Positions 1-9,643 of a DNA stretch of 58,947 nucleotides are shown piece by piece (positions within the stretch are counted from its first letter, which is position 1; each line of letters starts with the position of its first letter). The DNA is from Patescibacteria group bacterium (GTDB lineage Bacteria; Patescibacteriota; Minisyncoccia; Phycocordibacterales; UBA9973). The position numbers and the translations under genes are program-made. Location: assembly GCA_038061925.1 (NCBI GenBank), contig JBBTYD010000007.1:1-58947 (forward strand). Direction: 5' to 3'. Under the pieces are notes generated by a model that made no database searches, was not told the origin of the DNA, and saw only the letters and a program-made list of their open reading frames with translations.

Positions 1-1
1 G

Positions 2-74
2 AGCCGGCACGAGGGATCGAACCCCGGACATCTTCTTTACAAAAGAAGTGCTCTACCAACTGAGCTATGCCGGC
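2..74 (-). tRNA. tRNA-Thr(TGT)
   Basis: Reverse complement folds as a cloverleaf: acceptor GCCGGCA/TGCCGGC, anticodon arm CTTCT-TT TGT AA-AGAAG, T-loop TTCGATC. The 3' end is at the window edge. Confidence 0.93.
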
Positions 75-191
75 TTACTGCCTTTTAGACTAGCATATAT
101 TATTCAAAAATCAAAATACTATTTAAAAAATAAAATTAGTTTTACACCTTGTAGACCACTATATACCCATTAGTTGTGGTATACTTAAGAA

Positions 192-611
192 ATGAAAAAT
201 TTAAGATTTTGTGCTGGGTGTAAAACTCAACTTTTAGTTAGACATAAAATAAAATTTTGCTCAAATAAATGCCAGTGCGATTTAGAATATAGAACAAATG
301 TTGATTTATGGAAGAAAGGAAAACTAAATGGTGGAGTTGGAATAAGTGCAAGAAATTTGGCAGCTTGGCTTAGAAAATATTTGATTGAAAAATATGATAA
401 CAAATGCTCTGTTTGTGGATGGAACAAAGAACATCCATTAACAAACGGAGTGCCACTTGAAGTAGACCATATAGATGGTAATTCTGAAAACAATCTGGAA
501 AATAACTTGAGATTATTGTGTCCAAACTGTCATGCATTAACGCCTTATTATAAAAATATGAATAAAGGAAAAGGAAGAAAGTGGAGAATGAAAAAATATA
601 TTAAAAATTAA
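192..611 (+). CDS. HNH endonuclease with zinc-binding CxxC motifs, free-standing
   Basis: CxxC pairs, EVDHIDG...N...NLRLLCPNCH HNH motif; extended -10 TGGTATACT 6 nt before the ATG. Confidence 0.88.
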   Translation: MKNLRFCAGCKTQLLVRHKIKFCSNKCQCDLEYRTNVDLWKKGKLNGGVGISARNLAAWLRKYLIEKYDNKCSVCGWNKEHPLTNGVPLEVDHIDGNSENNLENNLRLLCPNCHALTPYYKNMNKGKGRKWRMKKYIKN

Positions 612-650
612 AAGTGGATGTCGCGGGTTCGAATCCCCCTGCCGGCTCCA
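611..650 (+). pseudogene. 3' half of a tRNA-Thr-like gene (anticodon 3' strand to CCA)
   Basis: AAAGTGG-ATGTC-GCGGG TTCGAAT CCCCC-TGCCGGC-T-CCA directly after the HNH stop; acceptor strand identical to that of tRNA-Thr(TGT) at 2-74; no matching 5' half found. Confidence 0.75.
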
Positions 651-659
651 AGAGTGTAT

Positions 660-1781
660 CTATTGTTTAATTAAACTGGTTTTCAAATTTAAAATTCTTA
701 TTACAGACTGATTAATTCTTTCTTCGGGAATTTCTTTAGACAAAACCGCCTTTTTTAAACTATTAAAAATAGCAACTGCTTTTTCGGGAGTAGATGTATC
801 AATAATCATATCATCTCCAGCTAAAATAGCTTCTATCGCTGTTTGCTTGGAAGAATTTCCAGCTGAAGCCATCTCTATATCATCCGTAATCACCACTCCG
901 TCAAAACCAAGCTCATTTCTCAAAATTTCAGTTATAAATTTATGAGATAATGTAGCTGGTTTTGAGTCTGTTACAGGTATTACAATATGAGCCGTCATAA
1001 CCGCCCCAGTATTTTTGTTAGCCAATACTTTTTTGAAAGAGATTAAATTGGTTTCTAACTCTATAGCGCTAATAGGCAGTACTGACTGGTTTTTATGGGG
1101 ATTCAAGACAACATTACCATATCCTGGAAAATGTTTAGCAACAGCAATTACACCTCCTCTTAAATATCCGTTTATCATGGCATTAGCAAGTTCCCCAGTA
1201 TCATCTGGATTTGCGCCGAAGGTCCTTTTGTAGAGGTAAGATTCAGGATTTGAAACATAATCAACCACAGGTGAAAAATTCATATTAACACCCAGCTCTT
1301 TTAGCTCCAGTGCCCTACTGAAAGCAATTCGTTCCGCATCTTTTGTATTTTTAATTTCAAGTTGTGATGCTAATTCTTTTAAAAACTTAAAGCGAATAAC
1401 GGTTCCTCCTTCTTGATCGGTGCCGACAAAAAGAGGTATGGTAGAAATTTTTTGTAAATCTGAGATAAGTTTTTTTACCTGATTGGCATCTTTCACATTT
1501 ATACCCAACAGATTTATCCCGCCAATATGATATTTTTTGATCATTTCTTGGATATTGCTATCTGAATATTTATTGACAAATCCGACTATTAGCAACTGCC
1601 CAATTTTTTCATCTAAAGACATCTTATTGACTTGCAAAACAATTGGATCAATAACAATAGACTCTTTTTTTATTTCAGGTACATTGGAAATTACATTTAT
1701 CTCCTTTGGGGGATAATAAACAAAATAGATTAAAAGCAAAGTGAAAATTAATATTAATGTGTAGATTATTTTTTTATTCAT
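660..1781 (-). CDS. Membrane-anchored glycoside hydrolase family 3 (NagZ-like beta-N-acetylhexosaminidase)
   Basis: N-terminal TM helix; GTDQEGG, KHFPG.G and VITDD motifs. Confidence 0.85.
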   Translation of the reverse strand: MNKKIIYTLILIFTLLLIYFVYYPPKEINVISNVPEIKKESIVIDPIVLQVNKMSLDEKIGQLLIVGFVNKYSDSNIQEMIKKYHIGGINLLGINVKDANQVKKLISDLQKISTIPLFVGTDQEGGTVIRFKFLKELASQLEIKNTKDAERIAFSRALELKELGVNMNFSPVVDYVSNPESYLYKRTFGANPDDTGELANAMINGYLRGGVIAVAKHFPGYGNVVLNPHKNQSVLPISAIELETNLISFKKVLANKNTGAVMTAHIVIPVTDSKPATLSHKFITEILRNELGFDGVVITDDIEMASAGNSSKQTAIEAILAGDDMIIDTSTPEKAVAIFNSLKKAVLSKEIPEERINQSVIRILNLKTSLIKQ

Positions 1782-3252
1782 ATCTATAAATCGCAGAATT
1801 GTCCCACCCTCTTACACATTCAAAAACTTTGTTAAAATTATCATTTAAATCCTTTTTAATTTTACTGTCTTTCATATCATAATTGGCGAAAAAAATATAA
1901 ACTTTTCTATCTTTATAGCTGGAATTAATAATATTTCTTAATACCTCTAGATTCCATGGGTCAGGATAAAGATGAACTTCTTTTTGGGTGTAATAATAAA
2001 CTATTGGCAATTGATTCGTTACTATTAACGAAATCTTTTCTATGGAATTATTAGTTAAAAACTTATTACCATCAATGAAGCACGAATTGGCCTTTAAGTT
2101 TCTATATTCAACCTTAAACATACCTCCTAACGATATTATTAAAAAAATGCATATCAATCCAAAAATAAAATTTTTATATTTTTTTAATTTATCTACAAAA
2201 AATCCAGAAATTAAACAAACAGCAGGAATTATCGGCATAATAAATCTATCTTCTTTGTGAGGCATAGTCATAACCATTACTGAAAAAAATACAATCCAAA
2301 TTAAAAATAAGTAAATTTCTCTTTTCAAAAATTCTTTTTTGAGTAAAATATAAAACAAAGAAATTATAAACAATACACCTATTACTGAAAAAATGCGCCA
2401 AGAATTTACAAAGAAAAAATTCCAAGATTGTACTCCTCCCCAATAACCTGCTGCCTTGAAACCATGGATAAATCCTCCCAATGGATTACCGTAATATATG
2501 AAGCTATATATAAACCATGGAACCAAAGTCAGAAAGAAAATTCCGATTGCATACCACAAATATTTATCTTTTAAAAATCTCAGCGATTTATCTCTAATAA
2601 GAAAATAAAGAGGAAAGACAGGTATTATCCACAATGTTGTATAACGAGCCAGTAAAGATAGCGCCAGAAATAATCCAAACAAAATTTTGTGTTTTTTGTT
2701 TTCTTTTTCATACCCCCGCCAAAAACTAATAAAGGTTAGTAATATAAAAAATACAACAAAATTATCGGTCAATATTTTTTCACTATACAATACATGTATT
2801 GGTATTAAAGCCAAGAAAACTGCCGAGTACATTCCTATTTGTTTATTAAATAATTTTTTCCCCAAAATATAAACCAAAAATATACTCAGGGTCGAAAAAA
2901 AAGGAATGATTATTTGAATTAAGAGATTTAAGTTTAATGCATAAAAAATTGAAATAATATATGGTAATAGTGGCGCCCTAAATCCAATATTGGGCCATCC
3001 ATAAATTACATCGCTGGAAGAAATAAAATCATTCCAGCCACTATTCAAAAGAGAATACATAAATGGATTTTTACTTAAATCGTGCCCTAAATTCAAATAA
3101 ACTGTTTCGTCCCAACCCCGAAGAGGTGAATAAAAAAGAAACACAATTCTAATTAGGAATGAAAAAATCAATACTAAAATAATCAGTTTATCTGTCTTCC
3201 CCATTTCAAACCAATACATTTTTATTTGTTGGCCTATTCGTGAAAAGTCCAT
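1774..3252 (-). CDS. ArnT/PMT-like GT-C membrane glycosyltransferase
   Basis: Many TM helices, WDE motif in the first loop, KEDRF motif late in the protein. Confidence 0.8.
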   Translation of the reverse strand: MDFSRIGQQIKMYWFEMGKTDKLIILVLIFSFLIRIVFLFYSPLRGWDETVYLNLGHDLSKNPFMYSLLNSGWNDFISSSDVIYGWPNIGFRAPLLPYIISIFYALNLNLLIQIIIPFFSTLSIFLVYILGKKLFNKQIGMYSAVFLALIPIHVLYSEKILTDNFVVFFILLTFISFWRGYEKENKKHKILFGLFLALSLLARYTTLWIIPVFPLYFLIRDKSLRFLKDKYLWYAIGIFFLTLVPWFIYSFIYYGNPLGGFIHGFKAAGYWGGVQSWNFFFVNSWRIFSVIGVLFIISLFYILLKKEFLKREIYLFLIWIVFFSVMVMTMPHKEDRFIMPIIPAVCLISGFFVDKLKKYKNFIFGLICIFLIISLGGMFKVEYRNLKANSCFIDGNKFLTNNSIEKISLIVTNQLPIVYYYTQKEVHLYPDPWNLEVLRNIINSSYKDRKVYIFFANYDMKDSKIKKDLNDNFNKVFECVRGWDNSAIYRYE

Positions 3253-4298
3253 ATTTTATTTCCAATAAAATTTATCATTAACGAAATTCCAATAGCCATC
3301 ATTTGTGAAATAATGTAATATATTCCTAAAAATTCAGTGAAAACATATAGAAAAAAAATATCTATGAATAAGGCGGAGAGGCTCACAAGAAAAAAATTAA
3401 GATACTTTTTCGCTGTTTCCTCATACATATTTTCCTCGAAAGTCCATATTTTATTAAAAATAAAATTGGTGGTCATCGCAATAGTAAATGCCAGCAGAGC
3501 GGAAATTATGTAATAAATCTTAAAATATTCAGTCAGCGCATATAAGATACTGACGTTTAATAAAGTTCCAACCAATCCGACCAAGGCGAATTTAAAAAAT
3601 TGTAATATAATTTCTTTTTTATAAGAAAGATATCCGATCAAATTTCTCAGAAAATGAATAATTTCTTTGATTCCAGCTTTGCTTTCTCCAGTTGTTCGAT
3701 TGCTAAAAGTGATAGGGATTTCTATTATATTTCGGAAATTTATTTTTACTAATAATTCAAGCAAAATCTTAAAACCTTTTGGATTTATTTCTTTGTTCAC
3801 AATAAATTCTTTTCTAACCATAAAAAATCCAGACATCGGATCTTTAACATTAACAAAAGCTCTAGCTAAAAAAGTCGCTCCTGAAGACAACAACTTTCTA
3901 TCTAAATTCCAACCTTTTATTTCGCCGCCTTTCACATATCTGCTTCCGATAACCAAATCAGCGCCTTGGATGATCATTTGATACATCTCATTTATTTTTT
4001 CAGCGGGATGGCTTAAATCAGCATCCATCACCCCGAGAATGTCACCCTCGGACATTTTAAACCCTTCTAACACGGCAGATGAAAGTCCTGATTTCCCTTC
4101 CCTATGAATTATTTTTAGATTTCGATATTTTGTTTTTAATTTTTCTAAAACTTGTCCCGTTCCGTCTGGAGAATTATCGTCAACCACAATAATTTCCGCC
4201 TTAATTTTAGTCTCATCGAACTCTTCTTTTAATTTAGAAAGAAGTTTTTGTATATTTTCTTTTTCATTATAGGTCGGAATCACTAAACTAAGTTTCAT
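3234..4298 (-). CDS. Polyprenol-phosphate sugar synthase (DPM1-like GT2) fused to a GtrA-like domain
   Basis: VIPTYNE, VVDDNSPDGT, MDADLSHP, GSRY, DPMSGFF; C-terminal QFFKFALVG...NFIFNKIWTF GtrA domain. Confidence 0.88.
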   Translation of the reverse strand: MKLSLVIPTYNEKENIQKLLSKLKEEFDETKIKAEIIVVDDNSPDGTGQVLEKLKTKYRNLKIIHREGKSGLSSAVLEGFKMSEGDILGVMDADLSHPAEKINEMYQMIIQGADLVIGSRYVKGGEIKGWNLDRKLLSSGATFLARAFVNVKDPMSGFFMVRKEFIVNKEINPKGFKILLELLVKINFRNIIEIPITFSNRTTGESKAGIKEIIHFLRNLIGYLSYKKEIILQFFKFALVGLVGTLLNVSILYALTEYFKIYYIISALLAFTIAMTTNFIFNKIWTFEENMYEETAKKYLNFFLVSLSALFIDIFFLYVFTEFLGIYYIISQMMAIGISLMINFIGNKIWTFHE

Positions 4299-4311
4299 AT
4301 ATAGAATTAAC

Positions 4312-5016
4312 TTACTGCGTAGATTTTATTGTTGGTTTAATATCTAATGTTTTTTCTTGCAACTTTAAGGAATCTTTTAATTGGGGAAGAATATTTTCAA
4401 CCTCCTCTATTGTTTTGAAACCGGAATAATTTTTTCCATCAATCACCATCACTGGTACGCTCAGAGGTATTTTGTAAATAGAAATTAGAGCTTTTACAGC
4501 TGACAAATCTAAATTATAATCAAAAGAATAAATACGTAATGGCGGATATTTTTCACGCAATACCGACAAAACATATTCTTGTTTAACGCAATCGGTACAA
4601 GTGGGGTCGGGAGAATACATATAGAGAATAAACAAATTTTTCGTGCCACAGCGTTCATTTATCTTTTTCATTAAAAGGTAATCTTTAATCTCCAATAAAG
4701 AGTAATATTTCTTTAGATATCTAATGTCGGTATTGTCAGTGGCAAAATTTTTTTCACTATAATTTATTTTGTCAGCAATATTATTTATTTCTTGAGAAAG
4801 CACAGAATTATTGACATCTTTGCAAGATAATTCTTGAAAAAGAGAGAATTGAGTTTCAGAAGAAAGAATATCAATGGATATGTTGTCTTGAATATTCTTC
4901 AACTGGTTAATTTTATTATTATAAAAATAATTGGTAAAATAAAAAGCGCTGGCAAACAAGGTAGCTGTTATAAAAAAAACAATAACATATTTTTTCCAAT
5001 CGTTTTGGGGTGTCAT
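4312..5016 (-). CDS. Membrane-anchored protein with a C-terminal thioredoxin-like CxxC domain
   Basis: N-terminal TM helix, CTDC motif, later VP motif. ATG at 5016 preferred over the overlapping TTG at 5034. Confidence 0.6.
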   Translation of the reverse strand: MTPQNDWKKYVIVFFITATLFASAFYFTNYFYNNKINQLKNIQDNISIDILSSETQFSLFQELSCKDVNNSVLSQEINNIADKINYSEKNFATDNTDIRYLKKYYSLLEIKDYLLMKKINERCGTKNLFILYMYSPDPTCTDCVKQEYVLSVLREKYPPLRIYSFDYNLDLSAVKALISIYKIPLSVPVMVIDGKNYSGFKTIEEVENILPQLKDSLKLQEKTLDIKPTIKSTQ

Positions 5017-5024
5017 TTTAAAAA

Positions 5025-6269
5025 TTAGCGCCAACTTGGTCTTTCTGAAACTATAACATTATAAACAGCCTTTAAAAACCAAACAGGAGCGATAATACTA
5101 TAAGTTATAATATAAAAAATAATATAGAAACTTGGTTGAAAACGATTTTCCACTATTTTACGACCAACTAAAATAGTAAAAACAACAAAGAAAAAACACC
5201 CAATCAGGATTAACGATATACTTTTTATATTAAAATAAAACCAATCAAACTTGAACAAGTGCAGTGCCCCATTAATGCCAACCGCTTGAATTTTAATAAT
5301 TTCTTTAACAAAAAAATCAATAAATTTTGAAACAAAAATTAAAAATAAAAAAACTATGCCCAAAATGGAAATAACTCCTGAAGGTAAAGTAAGCAAGGAA
5401 AAAACCCCAAATTTAGGTTTCAATAATAAATGCTTATAGTCAATAAGATTTTTAATAAATCCGTAATACCAACGCAAACGTTGTTTATATAATTTATACA
5501 ATGAATCTGGCGAAACAGTGTAAACATAAGCATTATGACAATAATCTATACGTAGATTATGTTGGTGCATTCGCAACGCAATCTCTCCGTCTTCGGTATT
5601 GTGCGCCTTCCTAAAACCTCCCAATCGGTCAAAAACTTCACGTCTATAAATAGGCAGTGTGCCTGGCGTAACATGTAGTCCATTCAAAAAACTTAACATT
5701 TTTTTTATAAAAATAGAACCAAAATATTCAATTCTCTGAATCGATTGAGCAAAGTTTTTTGGATTATAAATTATAGTCGCTGGAATAACTGCCATAATAT
5801 CTTTATTTTCCAGAAAACATTGCATCATCCTATTTAATGCTTGCGGGTGGACAAAAGAATCAGCGTCAAGACAAGCGACAAATTCTGTCTCAACATGTTG
5901 AAGACCTAGATTTATGGCGGTATGCTTCCCGCCATTTTCTTTATGAAAGATAAAAATATTAGACTGCTTTTCAAAATGCTTCATAAGATACCATGTATTG
6001 TCAGTTGATCCGTCGTCAACTAAAAAAATTTTTAGTTTTTCTTTAGGATAATCAAGATCTAACAGCGAACGGATAGTTTTACAAATTGTTTTATCTTCAT
6101 TCCAACAAGACACAATAACAGTTATAGTGGGGTATTTTGCCAATTTGGTTTTTCTATTCTTAATAATAATTTTTCTTCTATTCTCAAAAAAAGTGACCAG
6201 AAAAAACACCTGCACGTAAACAGATAAAAAAATCAACACATAAAATACCATACTCGTGATTGAAGCCAT
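5025..6269 (-). CDS. Processive GT2 glycosyltransferase (PgaC/cellulose/hyaluronan synthase-like)
   Basis: VDDGSTD, DADS, TED and QRLRW (QxxRW) motifs with flanking TM helices. Confidence 0.88.
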   Translation of the reverse strand: MASITSMVFYVLIFLSVYVQVFFLVTFFENRRKIIIKNRKTKLAKYPTITVIVSCWNEDKTICKTIRSLLDLDYPKEKLKIFLVDDGSTDNTWYLMKHFEKQSNIFIFHKENGGKHTAINLGLQHVETEFVACLDADSFVHPQALNRMMQCFLENKDIMAVIPATIIYNPKNFAQSIQRIEYFGSIFIKKMLSFLNGLHVTPGTLPIYRREVFDRLGGFRKAHNTEDGEIALRMHQHNLRIDYCHNAYVYTVSPDSLYKLYKQRLRWYYGFIKNLIDYKHLLLKPKFGVFSLLTLPSGVISILGIVFLFLIFVSKFIDFFVKEIIKIQAVGINGALHLFKFDWFYFNIKSISLILIGCFFFVVFTILVGRKIVENRFQPSFYIIFYIITYSIIAPVWFLKAVYNVIVSERPSWR

Positions 6270-6312
6270 ATACTCGTTTTCACTATAGCATTATAAAGGT
6301 TAAATGCAAACG

Positions 6313-6349
6313 AAAAGCCTCCCACCTACACGGCAGACAGCGAGCTTTT
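6313..6349. repeat. Imperfect hairpin, possible terminator
   Basis: AAAAGC(C)TC...GAGCTTTT arms in the DUF378-GT2 intergenic region. Confidence 0.4.
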
Positions 6350-6375
6350 AGAAAAAATTTAAGAAAAAGGGCGAG

Positions 6376-6660
6376 TTACATTTTCTTGTCCATACTCCCC
6401 GTTTCACAATTGATACATTCGCCACCCACACATCTCTTGCACTTGCAACCAAAAATTTTCATAATGGCCGCAACCCCCACAAGCACATAAACTATAGCCT
6501 CAAGAGTCGGCATAGCGCCTAAAACCATGTGCACAACGTTCCAATCATTATTCATTAACATTCCAATACCTATTAAACCCCAGTTTATTCCTCCGATGAT
6601 TAGCAAAATTTTGCAAATCAAGACTGGAATACACTTGTCACCACATTTTGAATCACACAT
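6376..6660 (-). CDS. DUF378-like small membrane protein with Cys-rich termini
   Basis: LLIIGGINWGLIG motif followed by a second TM helix. Confidence 0.75.
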   Translation of the reverse strand: MCDSKCGDKCIPVLICKILLIIGGINWGLIGIGMLMNNDWNVVHMVLGAMPTLEAIVYVLVGVAAIMKIFGCKCKRCVGGECINCETGSMDKKM

Positions 6661-6761
6661 ATATATTACTTAGTCCCAAATGGGATAAATTAATTAATAA
6701 AAGACCTTTGTTATTAATATCTAAAGTGTACCATATTATAAAAAAATGCTACAATAAAAAT

Positions 6762-7532
6762 ATGGAAGAAAATAACATTGAAAATAAAAGCAAAAATAGT
6801 CAACAACAGATAGTTGGAGCAATACTTGTAGTGGGAGTTTTAATAGCTGGAGCGATCTTGTTGAAAGGAAGCAAATCATCTGAAACAATCGCCGTCCCCG
6901 TGAATAATAACGGAGTCCCGATAACAACTTTGGCGCCAGTTGGAACAGCAGACAGAACACTTGGAAATCCACAGGCAAAAGTTACACTGATTTTATACGA
7001 AGATTTCCAGTGTCCTTTCTGTGGAGCAGTCTCCGGTTTGGTATCCAATACTGATGCAATTAAATACTTAAAGGAAAAAGTTGACCCAAATTGGACTCCT
7101 TTTATGCCTCTAATTAATGAACATATAAAAAAGGGAGATGTGCAATTTGTGTATCGTGACTGGGCATTTTTGGGACCGGAATCAATAAAATCAGCCGAAG
7201 CGACCAGATGCGCCGGAGATCAAGGAAAATTCTGGGAATATCATGATTATCTTTATGGTCACCAAAATGGAGAAAACCAAGGAAGCTTCTCTGACCCAAA
7301 CTTAAAATCTTTCGCCAAAAAACTTGGTCTAAACTCTTCTAGTTTTGACAAGTGTCTGGATGAAAACAAATACGCGCAAGCGGTCGCTGATTCCAAAACT
7401 GAAGGAACAAGCGCTGGAGTAACTGGCACACCTAAAGGTTTTATCTTGAGAGATAAAAAAGTTGTTTCCACGATTGATGGCGCCGAGTCATTCACGATAG
7501 TAAAACAAAAGATTGAGAGTGCGTTGAAATAG
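6762..7532 (+). CDS. dsbA: DsbA-family thiol-disulfide oxidoreductase, membrane anchored
   Basis: EDFQCPFC active site, GTP cis-Pro motif. Start moved from 6648 to ATG 6762 because TGCTACAAT lies 6 nt upstream. Confidence 0.88.
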   Translation: MEENNIENKSKNSQQQIVGAILVVGVLIAGAILLKGSKSSETIAVPVNNNGVPITTLAPVGTADRTLGNPQAKVTLILYEDFQCPFCGAVSGLVSNTDAIKYLKEKVDPNWTPFMPLINEHIKKGDVQFVYRDWAFLGPESIKSAEATRCAGDQGKFWEYHDYLYGHQNGENQGSFSDPNLKSFAKKLGLNSSSFDKCLDENKYAQAVADSKTEGTSAGVTGTPKGFILRDKKVVSTIDGAESFTIVKQKIESALK

Positions 7533-7540
7533 AAAAAATT

Positions 7541-7711
7541 ATGACTAAAATAATATTACGGGTTATAATTATTATAATAATACTTGTAGTAATATATTGG
7601 ATTCTTGGAATGTTTGGTTTAGTACCAATTAGACACTGTGATGTTGCTATGGGACCAAACGGTGCAATTCACTTTTGTGAATGGTATCCTGGACCCAGTC
7701 GTATATATTAA
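7541..7711 (+). CDS. Small single-TM protein (56 aa) with two Cys; not in the ORF track
   Basis: MTKIILRVIIIIIILVVIYWILGMFGLVPIRHCDVAMGPNGAIHFCEWYPGPSRIY; starts 8 nt after the dsbA stop. Confidence 0.6.
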   Translation: MTKIILRVIIIIIILVVIYWILGMFGLVPIRHCDVAMGPNGAIHFCEWYPGPSRIY

Positions 7712-7768
7712 AACATCTACCCTTAAGGGTTAACTAAAGGACAAGCCATGTAATGTGGATAAAACAAG

Positions 7769-7804
7769 TTACCATAATAGACACGGCCGTGTCTATTATG
7801 GTAA
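7769..7804. repeat. Perfect 36-bp palindrome upstream of the PaaX/Cas2-like gene
   Basis: TTACCATAATAGACACGG|CCGTGTCTATTATGGTAA; overlaps the putative -10 box TGGTAATAT. Confidence 0.95.
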
Positions 7805-7813
7805 TATAGTAAT

Positions 7814-8374
7814 ATGCGTTTAATTGATCAAGAATCGAACTCAGGAAAAATAATTCGCGCTCTAGGCATCGGAATAGGCATATCTGTTGCTTTAGCAAAT
7901 AGAAGAACAAGTTATAAAATGACAAAAACATTGATTAAGGAAATCTTTGGTTTAAATGAACAGCCAAAAAATTATTCTAGATATTTTCATAAATTGAGGA
8001 AACAAAAGCTTGTATACATCAAAGAGGTTGGCAATGATCACATCATATCTCTCACGGATAAAGGCGAAGAAGTTTTTTTGAGATTTAATTACGAAAAGTT
8101 AGAAATAAAGCAAAGTAAAATATGGGATAGAAATTTCCGTATGATTATTTTTGACATTCCAGAAATAAAAAGAAATGCTAGGGACTCGCTTCGAGATAAA
8201 ATGAAAGAGCTGGGTCTTGTAAAATTTAACAATAGCGTTTGGATATATCCATATCCATGCCAAAAAGAAATTGATTTTGTCGCTAATTACTGGAAGATAG
8301 GAAAATATGTTCATTTTGCCTTGGTGAAAGACGTGACTAATAGAGAATACTTAGAGAAATATTTTAATTTATAA
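7814..8374 (+). CDS. PaaX-like protein: N-terminal wHTH plus C-terminal Cas2-like ferredoxin-fold domain
   Basis: LTDKG wing motif; WD..FRMIIFDIPE..R..RD.LR..MKELG...NNSVWIYPYPC pattern typical of CPR PaaX-like proteins. Confidence 0.75.
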   Translation: MRLIDQESNSGKIIRALGIGIGISVALANRRTSYKMTKTLIKEIFGLNEQPKNYSRYFHKLRKQKLVYIKEVGNDHIISLTDKGEEVFLRFNYEKLEIKQSKIWDRNFRMIIFDIPEIKRNARDSLRDKMKELGLVKFNNSVWIYPYPCQKEIDFVANYWKIGKYVHFALVKDVTNREYLEKYFNL

Positions 8375-8409
8375 ATAATTTCCTTACCTTATTTTCATTA
8401 TTACTAATA

Positions 8410-8441
8410 ACCACAATAACCACGGTCGTGTCTATTGTGGT
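8410..8441. repeat. Second, imperfect copy of the palindrome, downstream of the PaaX-like gene
   Basis: ACCACAATAACCACGGTCGTGTCTATTGTGGT; 27/32 identical to 7771-7802. Confidence 0.88.
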
Positions 8442-8462
8442 ATTAATGAATAGTGTTTCTTA

Positions 8463-9638
8463 TTAGTCAAAATAATTTTTCAACCTTGCAATTTTATCGT
8501 GCTGACGAAGTTTTTCGTGAACTTTCGCTTCAATTTGACGAATACGTTCACGAGTCACACCAAATTCTTCCCCTACCCGCTCCAGAGTGTGTTGAATACC
8601 ATCTAGTAATCCATAACGCATCTCCAGTATTTTGCGTTCTTTTGGATTGAGCTCGCTCAAGACCTCGCGAATTTGGTCAGAGAGAATTCTTCGAGAAGAT
8701 TCTTGATCCGGGCGTAAAATTTTATCATCTGGAATAAAGTTTTCCAGTGTTGATTTATCGTCATCGTCTCTAACCGGTTGTTCCAGAGAAACAGTTTCTT
8801 GACTAATATTTTCAATTACATGAATTTTTTCCACTGGAATACCCATTTCGGTGGCAATTTCTTCCGCCAATGGTTCTCGACCCAAATCTTGAGAAAGCTT
8901 TCGATGAGTTTGTTTATATTTAGAAATTGTCTCCACCATATGTACCGGTATGCGAATAGTTCTGCTTTGGTCAGCTAAAGCGCGAGTAATAGACTGACGA
9001 ATCCACCAAGTGGCATAAGTGGAGAATTTAAACCCTTTTGTCCAATTAAATTTTTCAACTGCCTTGAATAAACCTAAATTACCTTCCTGAATTAGATCCA
9101 ACAGAGTCAAGTTAGCGGATCTTCCCACATATTTTTTCGCAATTGAAACCACTAGACGTAAATTCGCGCGCGCCAGCAGATTCTTGGCCTCGAGATCCCC
9201 ACGCTCAATGCGCTTGGCAAGATCTTTTTCGTCGCTGGCATGAATAAGCGGATATTGACCTATCTCCTTTAAATACATTTGGATAGAATCATGCAGACTG
9301 GACTTATTTAAATCTTTATCAGTCAGATCTGTATTGAGATTAAGCAGATTCCCCCCCTCCAACACATCAATTCCGGCAATTCCAAATTTCTCGTAAAGTT
9401 CATCTAAAAATAAAATATTATTCTCAATATCCGGGAAAGTTTTTAATATTTCATCGTAAGTGATAAATCCTCTTTTACGTCCTTTTTCTATAAGCTCACT
9501 GGAAATACGAGCCAAGTTTTGTGCTTTTTTTTCAATTGAAGACAATTTTTTAATTTTTTTCTTCTTGTTTTTTTTTATCTTTTTGGTTTTAAGCTTTTTA
9601 ATCTTTTTAATCATTTTTCTTCTTGTTTTTGTTTTCAT
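8463..9638 (-). CDS. rpoD: Primary sigma-70 factor
   Basis: [45 protein letters not shown]; Lys-rich N-terminal tail. Confidence 0.97.
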   Translation of the reverse strand: MKTKTRRKMIKKIKKLKTKKIKKNKKKKIKKLSSIEKKAQNLARISSELIEKGRKRGFITYDEILKTFPDIENNILFLDELYEKFGIAGIDVLEGGNLLNLNTDLTDKDLNKSSLHDSIQMYLKEIGQYPLIHASDEKDLAKRIERGDLEAKNLLARANLRLVVSIAKKYVGRSANLTLLDLIQEGNLGLFKAVEKFNWTKGFKFSTYATWWIRQSITRALADQSRTIRIPVHMVETISKYKQTHRKLSQDLGREPLAEEIATEMGIPVEKIHVIENISQETVSLEQPVRDDDDKSTLENFIPDDKILRPDQESSRRILSDQIREVLSELNPKERKILEMRYGLLDGIQHTLERVGEEFGVTRERIRQIEAKVHEKLRQHDKIARLKNYFD

Positions 9639-9643
9639 AAAAT

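Noticed and set aside
7769-8441. CRISPR-Cas call from the Cas2-like domain and 32-36 bp repeats
   Set aside because: Only two palindromes, separated by a gene; no spacer array and no cas1 or effector genes.
9500-9638. Lys-rich low-complexity N-terminus of RpoD as a separate element
   Set aside because: In frame with rpoD and has no repeat unit; basic tails also occur on S16 and L32 here.
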